Source: Octopus vulgaris (lineage: Eukaryota). Taken from it: a DNA stretch of 64,000 nt. Location: the NCBI GenBank assembly GCA_951406725.2, contig OX597818.1, positions 75,826,001 to 75,890,000 of the forward strand. The letters run 5' to 3'. Positions 26,231 through 44,338 of the stretch are shown here, piece after piece; position 1 is the first letter of the stretch, and each line of letters begins with the position of its first letter. The position numbers were made by a program, and so were the translations under genes. Under the pieces are notes generated by a model. That model was not told the DNA's origin. It saw only the letters and a list, made by a program, of their open reading frames with translations, and did not search any database.

Positions 26231-26697
26231 TATATATATATGTATATATATATACACATATATATGTATATATATATACACATATATATATGTATATATA
26301 TATACACATATATATATATGTATATATATATATACACATATATGATTTTGATTTTGATTTTGATTTTTCCAGTTTCAGCTAATGAGCTGTGGCCATGCTG
26401 GGGCACCGCCATTTGGTTTGATACACGGGTTTACCTCACGGATGCTTTTTAGCAAACGCCATCTGATGCATGAGAGAGTTTGATGCAGCTGCCCTCATCT
26501 GCACCTCCTGCCGTGAAGTTGGTTCATCCGGGACATCTGACAGGAAGAGATCCAGTCCTACTTTAAAGACATCCGCATCTACACCATGCAGGTCCCTCAG
26601 GTTCTTCGGGGGAGGACATTGAAGAGCCGTGGGCCTCTGAAGCCCAGGCTATCACAATATCTTGTCCTACATCTTGATGGCAAATTTGGAGTCCTTG
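25668..26697 (-). mobile_element. Two non-collinear fragments of the same LINE (25668-26024 and 26360-26697) separated by (TA)n
   Basis: [14 protein letters not shown]...SHFDYCSQL, plus a 3' piece [22 protein letters not shown] with an (AAAATC)n tail. Confidence 0.9.
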
Positions 26698-26875
26698 TAT
26701 ATATATGTATATATACATATATATATAAATACACATATATATATGTATATATATATACATATATACATATATATGTATATATATATACATATATATGTAT
26801 ATATATATACATATATATGTATATATATATACATATATATGTATATATATATATATGTATATATATATACATATA

Positions 26876-26925
<50 letters not shown>

Positions 26926-27187
26926 TATACATATATATATGTATATATATATACACATATATATACATATATATATGTATATATACATATATATATATAT
27001 GTATATATATATACACATATATATACATGTATATATATATACACACATATATACATATATATATATATACACACATATATACATACATATATATGTATAT
27101 ATATACACACATATATATACATACATATACATACATATATATATATATACATATATATATATACATACATATATATATATACATACA

Positions 27188-27223
<36 letters not shown>

Positions 27224-27631
27224 AATATATATATATATACATATATATATATACATATATATATATACATACATATATACATACATATATATATACACAT
27301 ACATATATATATACATATATGTATATATACACATACATATATACACACATATATATATACACACATATATATATACACACACATATATATATATACATAT
27401 ATATATACATACATATATATATATACATATATATATACATACATATATATATACATATATATATATATATACATATACACATATATATACATATACACAT
27501 ATATATATATACACACATATATATATACATATATATATATACACATATATATATATACACACATATATATATACACATATATATATATACACATATATAT
27601 ATATACACACACATATATATATATACACACA

Positions 27632-28086
27632 TCTCTTATTATAAAAGGCAGATTTTATCTGCCTCCCTTTGGGAGTTATACAAATCTACAATATAGGATT
27701 TCTTCAATTACAATTTACCTAGCATTTTTAAGAGTACAATGCATCGCGTCATGCCAGGTCCAGTTTTTAAAATTTAAACTCCAATTAAGCAAAATTTACA
27801 GAAAATTCACATTCTGGTGTGTGTGTCAAATGCTTTTCTTAGTCTGGTTTACACCACACGCAAACGCACACACACAGTGTGCAACGAATAAAGTGAAACT
27901 AGATGTAATATTTGTTTCTGTCTATCACGCTGATAGATACATGAGTAAAATGTATGGGAAGCTAACAGATAAGAGTGAGTGAAAATGTTCTTGGAAGAGA
28001 GTAAATAGCGAGAGAGAGTGATTTGAGGAAGACTTTACATTAAATAACCGTAGTGGCTTGTGTTAGTAATAAAGTAAACATACACT

Positions 28087-28118
<32 letters not shown>

Positions 28119-28159
28119 TACACACACACATACATACACACACACATACATACATACAC

Positions 28160-28218
<59 letters not shown>

Positions 28219-29928
28219 GTATTGAAGCTTGAGAACAATCAGATACATTTGCAACACATCTGTTGAAAATATTATTGTTCACACACATACATATATATAT
28301 ATACAGACAGACAGACACACACACACACATGATCCAGCATGGCCACAACCTCAAGGCTGAAACATATAAAAGAATAACAGAATATAAATGTGTGCATGTG
28401 TGTGAGAGAGAGAGTGCGTGTGTATATGTATGTACGTATGTATGTATATATATATAATAATGCGGTTTTTTCAACAGCTTGAACTAAAAGTCAGAGGGGA
28501 ATGGGATAAACTACTTATATTAAATTGCTATAAAAGCAGATAGTAATTTTATCTTGTCCTTATTCATAGTGCAAGTTTTGAAGAGTGCATTTCGATTTTA
28601 ACAGCTATTTTTTTCAAAGCTATATTGGAAGTAACAAAGGAGCATATCTGGCATATTTTGCTTTATGAGTTCAATAAAGACAACAACGCAACGGAAAGTA
28701 CAAGAAATATTAATGCAGTATATGGGGATTGGACAATAAGCGTAAGGCAGTGTCAATGGTGGTTCCAGAAATTCCGAGCCATAACAAATACCGTCCGAGC
28801 GTGGGCGTCTGCCAGCCTCGTCTGGCACCTGTGTCGGTGGCACATAAAAACACCATCCGAGCGTGGCCGTCTGCCAGCCTCGTCTGGCACCTGTGTCGGT
28901 GGCACAGAAAAACACCATCCGAGCGTGGCCGTCTGCCAGCCTCGTCTGGCACCTGTGTCGGTGGCACATAAAAACACCATCCGAGCGTGGCCGTCTGCCA
29001 GCCTCGTCTGGCACCTGTGTCAGTGGCACATAAAAACACCATCCGAGCGTGGCCGTCTGCCAGCCTCGTCTGGCACCTGCATCGGTGGCACATAAAAACA
29101 CCATCCGAGCGTGGCCGTTCACCAGCCTCGTCTGGCACCTGTGTCGGTGGCACATAAAATCACCCACTACACTCTCGGAGTGGTTGGCGTTAGGAAGGGC
29201 ATCCAGCTGTAGAAACACTGCCAGATCTGACTGGCCTGGTACAGCCTTCGGGCTCCCCAGACCCCAGTTGAACCGTCCAACCCATGCTAGCATGGAAAGC
29301 GGACGTTAAACGATGATGATGATGATGATGATAATGAAACTACAGCCTAGAAGATGAGTCTCATCATGAAAGATCTGTAGAACTCGACAAGGACATCCTG
29401 AAAACCCTGAGTCGTGATTCATATCGAGCCCGTCTGAGTATTAGCGCGCGTCTACGATGAGTCTACGATTTTAAAAATAATTTAACATCATTTTTTATTC
29501 CATTTTAATGCATAATTTTTCGTGTGTCGATGGCGGCGGAGTTGGCGTCCACGCTCACACCTGCACCTGTGGGGAAGGGAGTGTAAGGAAATCAACGTCG
29601 TAATGCGTTGTCAAGGAGACCAGCGTTCTTTTAGAACAACGACTTCATGGCTTGAAGACACCAAAACAGAAATGGCTAAGAAAGCGTCTACATGAGTCTA
29701 CGATTTAAAAAAAAATTTACCATCGTTTTTTTTCCATTTTAATGCATTTTTTCGCTATTATATAAGGAAGTAACTCTCTAAAAATGTCTATGATGAGTCA
29801 ACGATTTTTAAAAAAAAATTTACCATCATATTTTTTCCATTTTTAATGCATTTTTTGCTATTTTTTGGCTATAACTCTAAAAATGCTTATATAGTTATTT
29901 CCCTTACAAACCCGAGCGATACTGCTAG
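27632..29928 (+). repeat. Inverted duplicate of the composite block 22832-24920
   Basis: Same order of Helitron-like end, microsatellite spacer, mariner fragment and Helitron 3' end, in reverse orientation, with private indels. Confidence 0.92.
28791..29330 (+). mobile_element. RTE-tailed SINE-like element with six tandem 62 bp GC-rich units (28791-29162) and a (GAT)n tail
   Basis: Unit ccatccgagcgtggccgtctgccagcctcgtctggcacctgtgtcggtggcacataaaaaca at 28791, 28853, 28915, 28977, 29039 and 29101. Followed by ggaagggcatccagc...catgctagcatggaaagcggacgttaaacgatgatg. Confidence 0.88.
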
Positions 29929-30615
29929 TATATATATATACACACACATATATATACACATATATATATATACACATATATATATACACATATATATATA
30001 CACATATATATATACACATATATATATATACACATATATATATATACACATATATATATATACACATATATATATATACACACATATATATATATACACA
30101 TATATATATATATACACATATATATATACATATATACACATATATATATACACATATATACACATATATATATACACATATATATATACATATATATACA
30201 CATATATATATATACATATATATATACATATATATATACATATATATATACATATATATATATACACACATATATATATACACATATATATATACACATA
30301 TATATATATACATATATACACATATATATATATACACACATATATATATATACACACATATATATATATATACACACACATATATATATATACACACACA
30401 TATATATATATACACATATATATATACACACATATATATACACACATATATATATATATATACACACATATATATATATATACACACATATATATATATA
30501 TACACACATATATATATATATACACATATATATATATATACACATATATATATATAAATATATATATATAGATATACATACACCTATATATATATACATA
30601 TATATATATATACAC

Positions 30616-30670
<55 letters not shown>

Positions 30671-30690
30671 TACATACATATATATATACA

Positions 30691-30731
<41 letters not shown>

Positions 30732-30829
30732 ATATATATACATATATATATACATATATATATATATATACATATATATATACATATATATATACATACA
30801 TATATACATATATATACATATATATATAC

Positions 30830-30866
<37 letters not shown>

Positions 30867-30875
30867 CATATATAT

Positions 30876-30954
<79 letters not shown>

Positions 30955-31026
30955 CATTATATATATATATACATACATATATACATATATATATACATAC
31001 ATTATACATATATATATACATACATA

Positions 31027-31080
<54 letters not shown>

Positions 31081-31083
31081 TAT

Positions 31084-31114
<31 letters not shown>

Positions 31115-31150
31115 CATACATATATATATACATACATATATATATACATA

Positions 31151-31182
<32 letters not shown>

Positions 31183-31187
31183 CATAT

Positions 31188-31218
<31 letters not shown>

Positions 31219-31267
31219 CATATATATATACATATATATATACATACATATATATATACATACATAT

Positions 31268-31302
<35 letters not shown>

Positions 31303-31319
31303 CATATATATACATATAT

Positions 31320-31358
<39 letters not shown>

Positions 31359-31365
31359 TATATAC

Positions 31366-31448
<83 letters not shown>

Positions 31449-31529
31449 AATATATACACATATATATATATATATATATATACATAAATATATACATACA
31501 TATATATATATATATATATACATAAATAT

Positions 31530-31612
<83 letters not shown>

Positions 31613-31659
31613 CATACATATATATATATACATACATATATATATATATACATACATAC

Positions 31660-31690
<31 letters not shown>

Positions 31691-31701
31691 CATATATATA
31701 T

Positions 31702-31752
<51 letters not shown>

Positions 31753-31753
31753 C

Positions 31754-31830
<77 letters not shown>

Positions 31831-31945
31831 CATATATATACATATATATATACATATATATACATACATATATATACATATATATACATACATATATATA
31901 CATATACATACATACATATACATATATATACATACATATATATAC

Positions 31946-31980
<35 letters not shown>

Positions 31981-32255
31981 CATACATATATATACACATA
32001 TATATACACATATATATACATACATATATACACATATATATACATATATATACATATATATATACATACATATATATACATATATATATACATATATATA
32101 TATACATATATATATACATATATATATACATATATATATACATACATATATATATACATATATATATACATACATATATATATACATATATACACATATA
32201 TATACTTATATATACATACATATATATATACATATATATATATATACATATATAT

Positions 32256-32316
<61 letters not shown>

Positions 32317-32423
32317 CATATACATATATACATACATACATATATACATACATATATACATACATACATATATATATACATACATATATACATATATATA
32401 TACATACATACATACATACATAT

Positions 32424-32456
<33 letters not shown>

Positions 32457-32462
32457 TATACA

Positions 32463-32493
<31 letters not shown>

Positions 32494-32552
32494 GCATATA
32501 TACATACATATACATACATATATACATACATATACATACATACATATATACA

Positions 32553-32588
<36 letters not shown>

Positions 32589-32596
32589 TATATACA

Positions 32597-32627
<31 letters not shown>

Positions 32628-32680
32628 GCATATATACATACATATACATACATATATACATACATATACATACATATATA
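29929..32680. repeat. ~2.7 kb (TA)n/(TACA)n array
   Basis: Direct reading. Confidence 0.97.
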
Positions 32681-32742
32681 TGACTAATTTTGTCATTCTT
32701 AGCATGTGGCATGTATGTATAATAATGCCCTCTACATATAAA

Positions 32743-32842
32743 NNNNNNNNNNNNNNNNNNNNNNNNNNNNNNNNNNNNNNNNNNNNNNNNNNNNNNNNNN
32801 NNNNNNNNNNNNNNNNNNNNNNNNNNNNNNNNNNNNNNNNNN
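32743..32842. other. Assembly gap (100 N)
   Basis: Run of exactly 100 N, typical of a gap of unknown size. Confidence 0.99.
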
Positions 32843-32843
32843 T

Positions 32844-34578
32844 ATAAAATCAGAGGCGGCGACGATAGATTACATCGATATAAAGGAAGACGATGTAACC
32901 AAGGCTATAGATGAAATGAAAACAGACTCAGCTACTGGCCCCGATGGATTCCCGGCAATCCTCCTAAAAGCATGTAAGAGAGTCCTAGCAAGACCACTGC
33001 AGTTCCTCTTTCAGAGCTTCCTTGCAGCTGGCAAACTTCCAGGAAAACTGAAGGAAGGTAAAATATGCCCCATTCATAAAGGAGGTAGCAGAGCGGAAGC
33101 CAAGAACTATAGACCTATCTCTCTGACCTCACACATCAGCAAGGTCATGGAACGAATAGTCAGAAGGAAGCTGATCACCTTCCTTGAAGAAAATGACTTG
33201 CTGCCCGACACCCAACATGGTTTCCGACCAGGGAGAAGCTGTTTAACTCAGCTCCTACAACACTATGACTGGGTGCTGAAACGGCTGCTCAACCACTCAA
33301 ATGTGGAAGTGATATATCTCGACTTTGCAAAGGCCTTTGATAAAGTCGATCATGGAATGATATGTCACAAACTGCGTGATCTCAACATAGTTGGAAAACT
33401 GGGAGAATGGCTTCATGACTTTCTGAAGGATAGAAGTCAGGTGGTAGTAGCCAATGGGGCCACCTCCATTAACACACAAATAGTGAGCGGTGTTCCGCAG
33501 GGCACTGTTCTGGGACCACTACTGTTCATAATGGCCCTCTCAGACATGCCCTCAGCCACGCAGAGAGCCACGATCACAAGTTATGCAGATGATACAAAAG
33601 TTTCACAGGCAATACAGAACCCTGAGGACACTAAACACCTGCAATGTGAGCTGGACGAAATATACAAGTGGGCTGAAAAGAATAGCATGCAGTTCAATGC
33701 TGGAAAGTTTCAAGCTTTATACTATCAGCATGCAAAACTGAATGCAATACCCAATGAATACACTGGACCCGGAGGGATTGCAATCCCAGAGGCACAATCA
33801 GTGCGTGACCTGGGTATTCACATGAGTGATGACGCGACCTTTCATGTACATGTTGCTAAACTGACAATGAAATGTAGACGGCTGGCTGGATGGATTCTTA
33901 GAACCTTTAGAACAAGAGAACAAGAAACCATGATGGTCCTCTGGAAGACACTTGTCCTAAGCCACTTTGACTATTGCTCTCAGCTATGGTCACCATCCAG
34001 TGTCAAGTTGATCACAGAACTTGAGGCGATCCAACGAAGCTACACAAAGAAGATAGCCTCTATGCAGAATGTAAGCTACTGGGAAAGACTCAAGAGATTA
34101 AAATTATATTCCCTGGAGCGTAGGCGGGAAAGATATGCCATAATATACATCTGGAAGATCCTGGAGGGAAGTGTCCTGAACTTTGGCATCGAGAGTTACG
34201 CAAATGCCAGAACTGGGCGCCACTGCGTGGTGCCTAGGACTCCAAACCTGCCATCAAGATGTAGGACAAGATACTGTGATAGCCTGGGCTTCCGAGGCCC
34301 ACAGCTCTTCAATATCCTCCCGAAGAACCTGAGAGACCTGCATGGGGTGGATACAGATGTCTTTAAAATGAAGCTGGATCTCTTCCTGTCAGGTGTCCCA
34401 GATGAACCAACTTCACGGCAGGAGGGGCAGATGAGGGCAGCTGCATCGAACTCTCTCATGCACCAAATAGCAGTTGCTAGAAAGCCTCCATGAAGTGAAA
34501 CCAAGTAGCAACACCAAATGGCGGTGAGCATGGCCACAGCTCATAAGCTGAAACTAGAATCAATCAATCAATCAATCA
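32844..34578 (+). mobile_element. Young CR1/L2-group LINE: uninterrupted ORF2 RT region (open from the gap edge to the stop at 34493), 3' UTR and (CAAT)n tail
   Basis: SATGPDG, NYRPISLTS, QHGFRPGRSC, YLDFAKAFDKV, GVPQGTVLGPLLF, YADD and SLERRRERY. About 549 codons with no stop. Confidence 0.95.
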
Positions 34579-34649
34579 TATCATACAAATATCTAAAACC
34601 AGCAAAGGAAATGGCAGACCAGCAAGAGAGGAAAGAATAGCCCCAGCAT

Positions 34650-40808
<6,159 letters not shown>

Positions 40809-41169
40809 GGGTATATATATATATATATATACATATGTATATACACATATATATATATATACACACACATGTGTATGTATATACACATACATATATATAC
40901 ACATACATATATATACACATATATATATACATATATATGCATATATATACATATATATATATATGCATATATATATACATATATATGCATATATATATAC
41001 ATATATATGCATATATATACATACAAATATACACATATATATATATGCATATATATACATATATATGCATATATATACATATATATGCATATATATACAT
41101 ACATATATACACATATATATATACATATATACACATACACACATATATACATATATACACATACACACA

Positions 41170-41435
41170 TGTATATATACATATATGCACATATGTATAT
41201 ATACATATATGCACATATGTATATATACATATGTGCACATATGTATATATACATATATGCACATATGTATATATACATATATGCACATATGTATATATAC
41301 ATATATGCACATATGTATATATACATATATGCACATATGTATATATACATATATGCACATATGTATATATACATATATGCACATATGTATATATACATAT
41401 ATGCACATATGTATCTATACATATATGCACATATA
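41170..41435. repeat. 24 bp minisatellite (acatatgtatatatacatatatgc), ~11 copies
   Basis: Regular gcacatatgt motif every 24 nt. Confidence 0.9.
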
Positions 41436-43132
41436 TACACATACATGTATGTGTGTGTATATATATATATGCATTCTCTTTAACTGGCAACATTCACTAC
41501 AGTGAATTATCGTCTGCAGAACTGTTTCTGGGATTTAGCATGCCAGAGCTGCGACATTTGAAAATAACTCCAATGTAATCGGTAGAACCGTTCACACATC
41601 TAATTTTATGAGGACAACTCATGTATAGTTCTGCAAATTATATTGAATTAGAATAGTTGTATGGAAGAGCCATAGACGTTGTTACATAAGCAATGTAGTT
41701 AAAGGCGAAACCAGTCTATGATTAATTCTTTATTTTGTATATTTACATCTGTCTTACCCGTGTATGTTTTGGTGTTTGCTGAAATTTTCTAGAGAACATT
41801 TTCGTCGTTGTTTGATCGTAGGTGACCTGTTTCTAACATATTGGATGGCCACTTAGTGGTCATCCCTTCTTATACGTATATATATATATCATCATCATCA
41901 TTTAGCGTCCGTTTTCCATGCTAGCATGGGTTGGACAGTTCAACTGGGGTCTGTGAAGCCAGAAGGCTGCATCAGGCCCAGTCTGATCTGGCAGTGTTTC
42001 TACGGCTGGATGCCCTTCCTAACGCCAACCACTCCGTGAGTGTAGTATATATATATATACATACGTAGATATATATAAATAGAAAGATATATATACATAT
42101 AGATATGTAAATATATAGATTATATGTTAATATATATACACACACATTATCATTATCTTCATTTTATGTTCACTTTCTATGCTATCATGAGTAGGACTGG
42201 CATGATTCAACAAGTCAGAAAATGTCTTCTTCCAGTGCCTCATTCTTAGCATGGTTTGCACAGATGGATGCCCTTCTTAATATCAACCATTTTACAGGGT
42301 GTGCTAGATGCGTTTCCTATGGCAGCAGCATTGTAGAGGTGGGTGTGCCATGAGGAAGACTAAAGAACACTCTCAAACCCTGCATTGTAAAGGTTGACAT
42401 CTGTTGGAAAACACCTAGGCACGTGTGTTTGTATGTGTATCATCATTATCATTTAACGTCTGTTGTCCATTTCTGACATGGGTTAGACTGTGCTATCACG
42501 CTGGATGGCTGCACCAGACGCCTGTCTGATGTAGCATGGTTTTCTACTTCTGGATGCCCTTCCTACGCCAACTACTGCAAGGATGTAATGGGTGCGTCTA
42601 CGTTTCACTGGCAAGGTTACCTTTGCGTGCTACTGGGGTGCGTTTACGTGACACCAGTATCTGTCACGACTGCGATTTTGCTCGGCTTGATGGATCTTTT
42701 AAAGCACAACATAATGCCAAAGGTCTTCTCATTGCCTCCGTGAGGCCCAACACTCGAAAGGAAATATATATATATATATATAGGTTGCATACAGCTATCG
42801 CTCACATATACATGTGTGTGTACGAATATATATATATATATATACTTACACACACACATGTATGTTTGTATGTGAGCTATAGCTGTATGCAACCTATTGA
42901 CACATATCTATATATATTTCTTATGATTCAGGCAAGGCTAGGTGCCACTGCTCTTGTGTGTGTGTAAACACTATGTATACACACAAATGCAATCATTGTA
43001 TTTATATACAAATAAATGCACCCTATATTTTTAAATACGTATAAATGAATCCTATTCATATTGACATTAAATCAAACCCTCTCTCTTTCTTTGAGTGTGT
43101 GTGTATATATACATATATAAGTATGCGTGTGT

Positions 43133-43166
<34 letters not shown>

Positions 43167-43427
43167 TAGATGACAATATATACATCTATGGCGTACGTGC
43201 TGATAGATACAAAGAAACATTTCCCGAAATATCCCATCGAGAAATATAAATGATATATAAAACGATGGAGACCCTTTCTAATCAGTAATATTATAATAAT
43301 TTAAGTAAGCAGGAATAAACAGCAAGATAGACAAACAGATATACACGTGTATGTATGTTGTATTGTGATAAACAATACTGGTATATAGAGGAAAATATGA
43401 AGCAGCCAGAATTAATTGTTTGCTCAC

Positions 43428-43442
43428 TTTCAAATTAGACAT
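43428..43442 (-). CDS. Candidate first coding micro-exon (MSNLK) of an unidentified gene divergent from ATP5PF
   Basis: Minus strand gaaaaATGTCTAATTTGAAA|GTGAGC: A at -3, good donor, phase 0, downstream of the CpG/ETS-rich promoter. No later exons identified. Confidence 0.45.
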
Positions 43443-43679
43443 TTTTCTTTTTTTCTGTTGGCGGAGATTTTTTTTTCCAACGATAATATTTTCCAATTTG
43501 AGAAAAGTAAAATTTTGGAGTAAAATCGAAAATTAAAAGTATGAAATAAATATGAAGAAACGAAGTGTAATGTAGAGAGAAGTGGTGATAATAAAGAGTA
43601 GGATATTAATAATAATACTCTGTAAAAGAGGTATGTTGGTGTTGAGTGTGGAGCGAGAAGAAGACGAATGTGTGTTAAA

Positions 43680-44250
43680 TTAGGCAAACATGGCGGACTG
43701 GAGAGAAATATTAACTGCGTTGATGTTGGATTATAGAATTGATGGAAGATATTGATGGAAGAAATGGTTTGAATATATATCAAAGTAGCATGCATAACTC
43801 CATAACAGGAAACAGGAGTCTGCTCAGTATTTACGTCTGAAACTTCCGGCTTTGGCACCATGCTTTCCTCTTTCTCCACTGTCCCTTCTTCCAATCACTG
43901 ACACAACAACAACCTTGTCTTTCTTCTTCCTTCTTACATACACCGTGTGTGTCACACTCTCACTCTTCTCCTACATTTTTACTCGTAATAAACGTTCATA
44001 CGTACCCTTATGACAACATAAATTAGAGAGGAAGCGATCCGGATAGACAAAGACTGCGACCAGATTCGATTAATTTCAATACAACTTGCTGAAGTCAACA
44101 CAAAAAAAAAGATCACCGGAAATTTTCTCCAACGGAAATGGCTTCCAGGTGAAATAGCTGCTCGAGTCTTCTGGCCACGTGACATCCCGTTCTTTGTTGG
44201 CGGAACTAGACGGAATCACACGGAATTTAGCGAACATTACCGAGATTCTT
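43680..44250. promoter_or_regulatory. CpG-rich, probably bidirectional housekeeping promoter
   Basis: YY1-like AAACATGGCGG (43686), ETS/GABP ACTTCCGG (43842) and ACCGGAAAT (44115), further CGGAA at ~44133, 44201, 44211 and 44221, E-box CACGTG (44176). Splice donors point outward on both sides. Confidence 0.7.
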
Positions 44251-44338
44251 CAACACAATCACCTTGTCTTCTGTGTGTCCTTCCACCAACATCATTTCTA
44301 CATACACACACACACACTCATATATCTATATACATACG
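44235..44338 (+). other. ATP5PF: Probable untranslated exon 1 of ATP5PF (start approximate)
   Basis: Donor ACG|GTAAGC at 44338/44339 followed by a T-rich intron start. The coding exon at 48920 begins with an acceptor, so an upstream exon is needed. Confidence 0.6.

Noticed and set aside
28791-29162. CRISPR-like look of the 62 bp array (also the 107 bp array at 21581-21951)
   Set aside because: The units abut with no unique spacers, there are no cas genes, and the context is eukaryotic.
43430-43894. 154 aa minus-strand ORF in the promoter region
   Set aside because: The first in-frame codon is TTG, composition is low-complexity and UTR-like, and no domain is recognisable. More likely a 5' leader or uORF.
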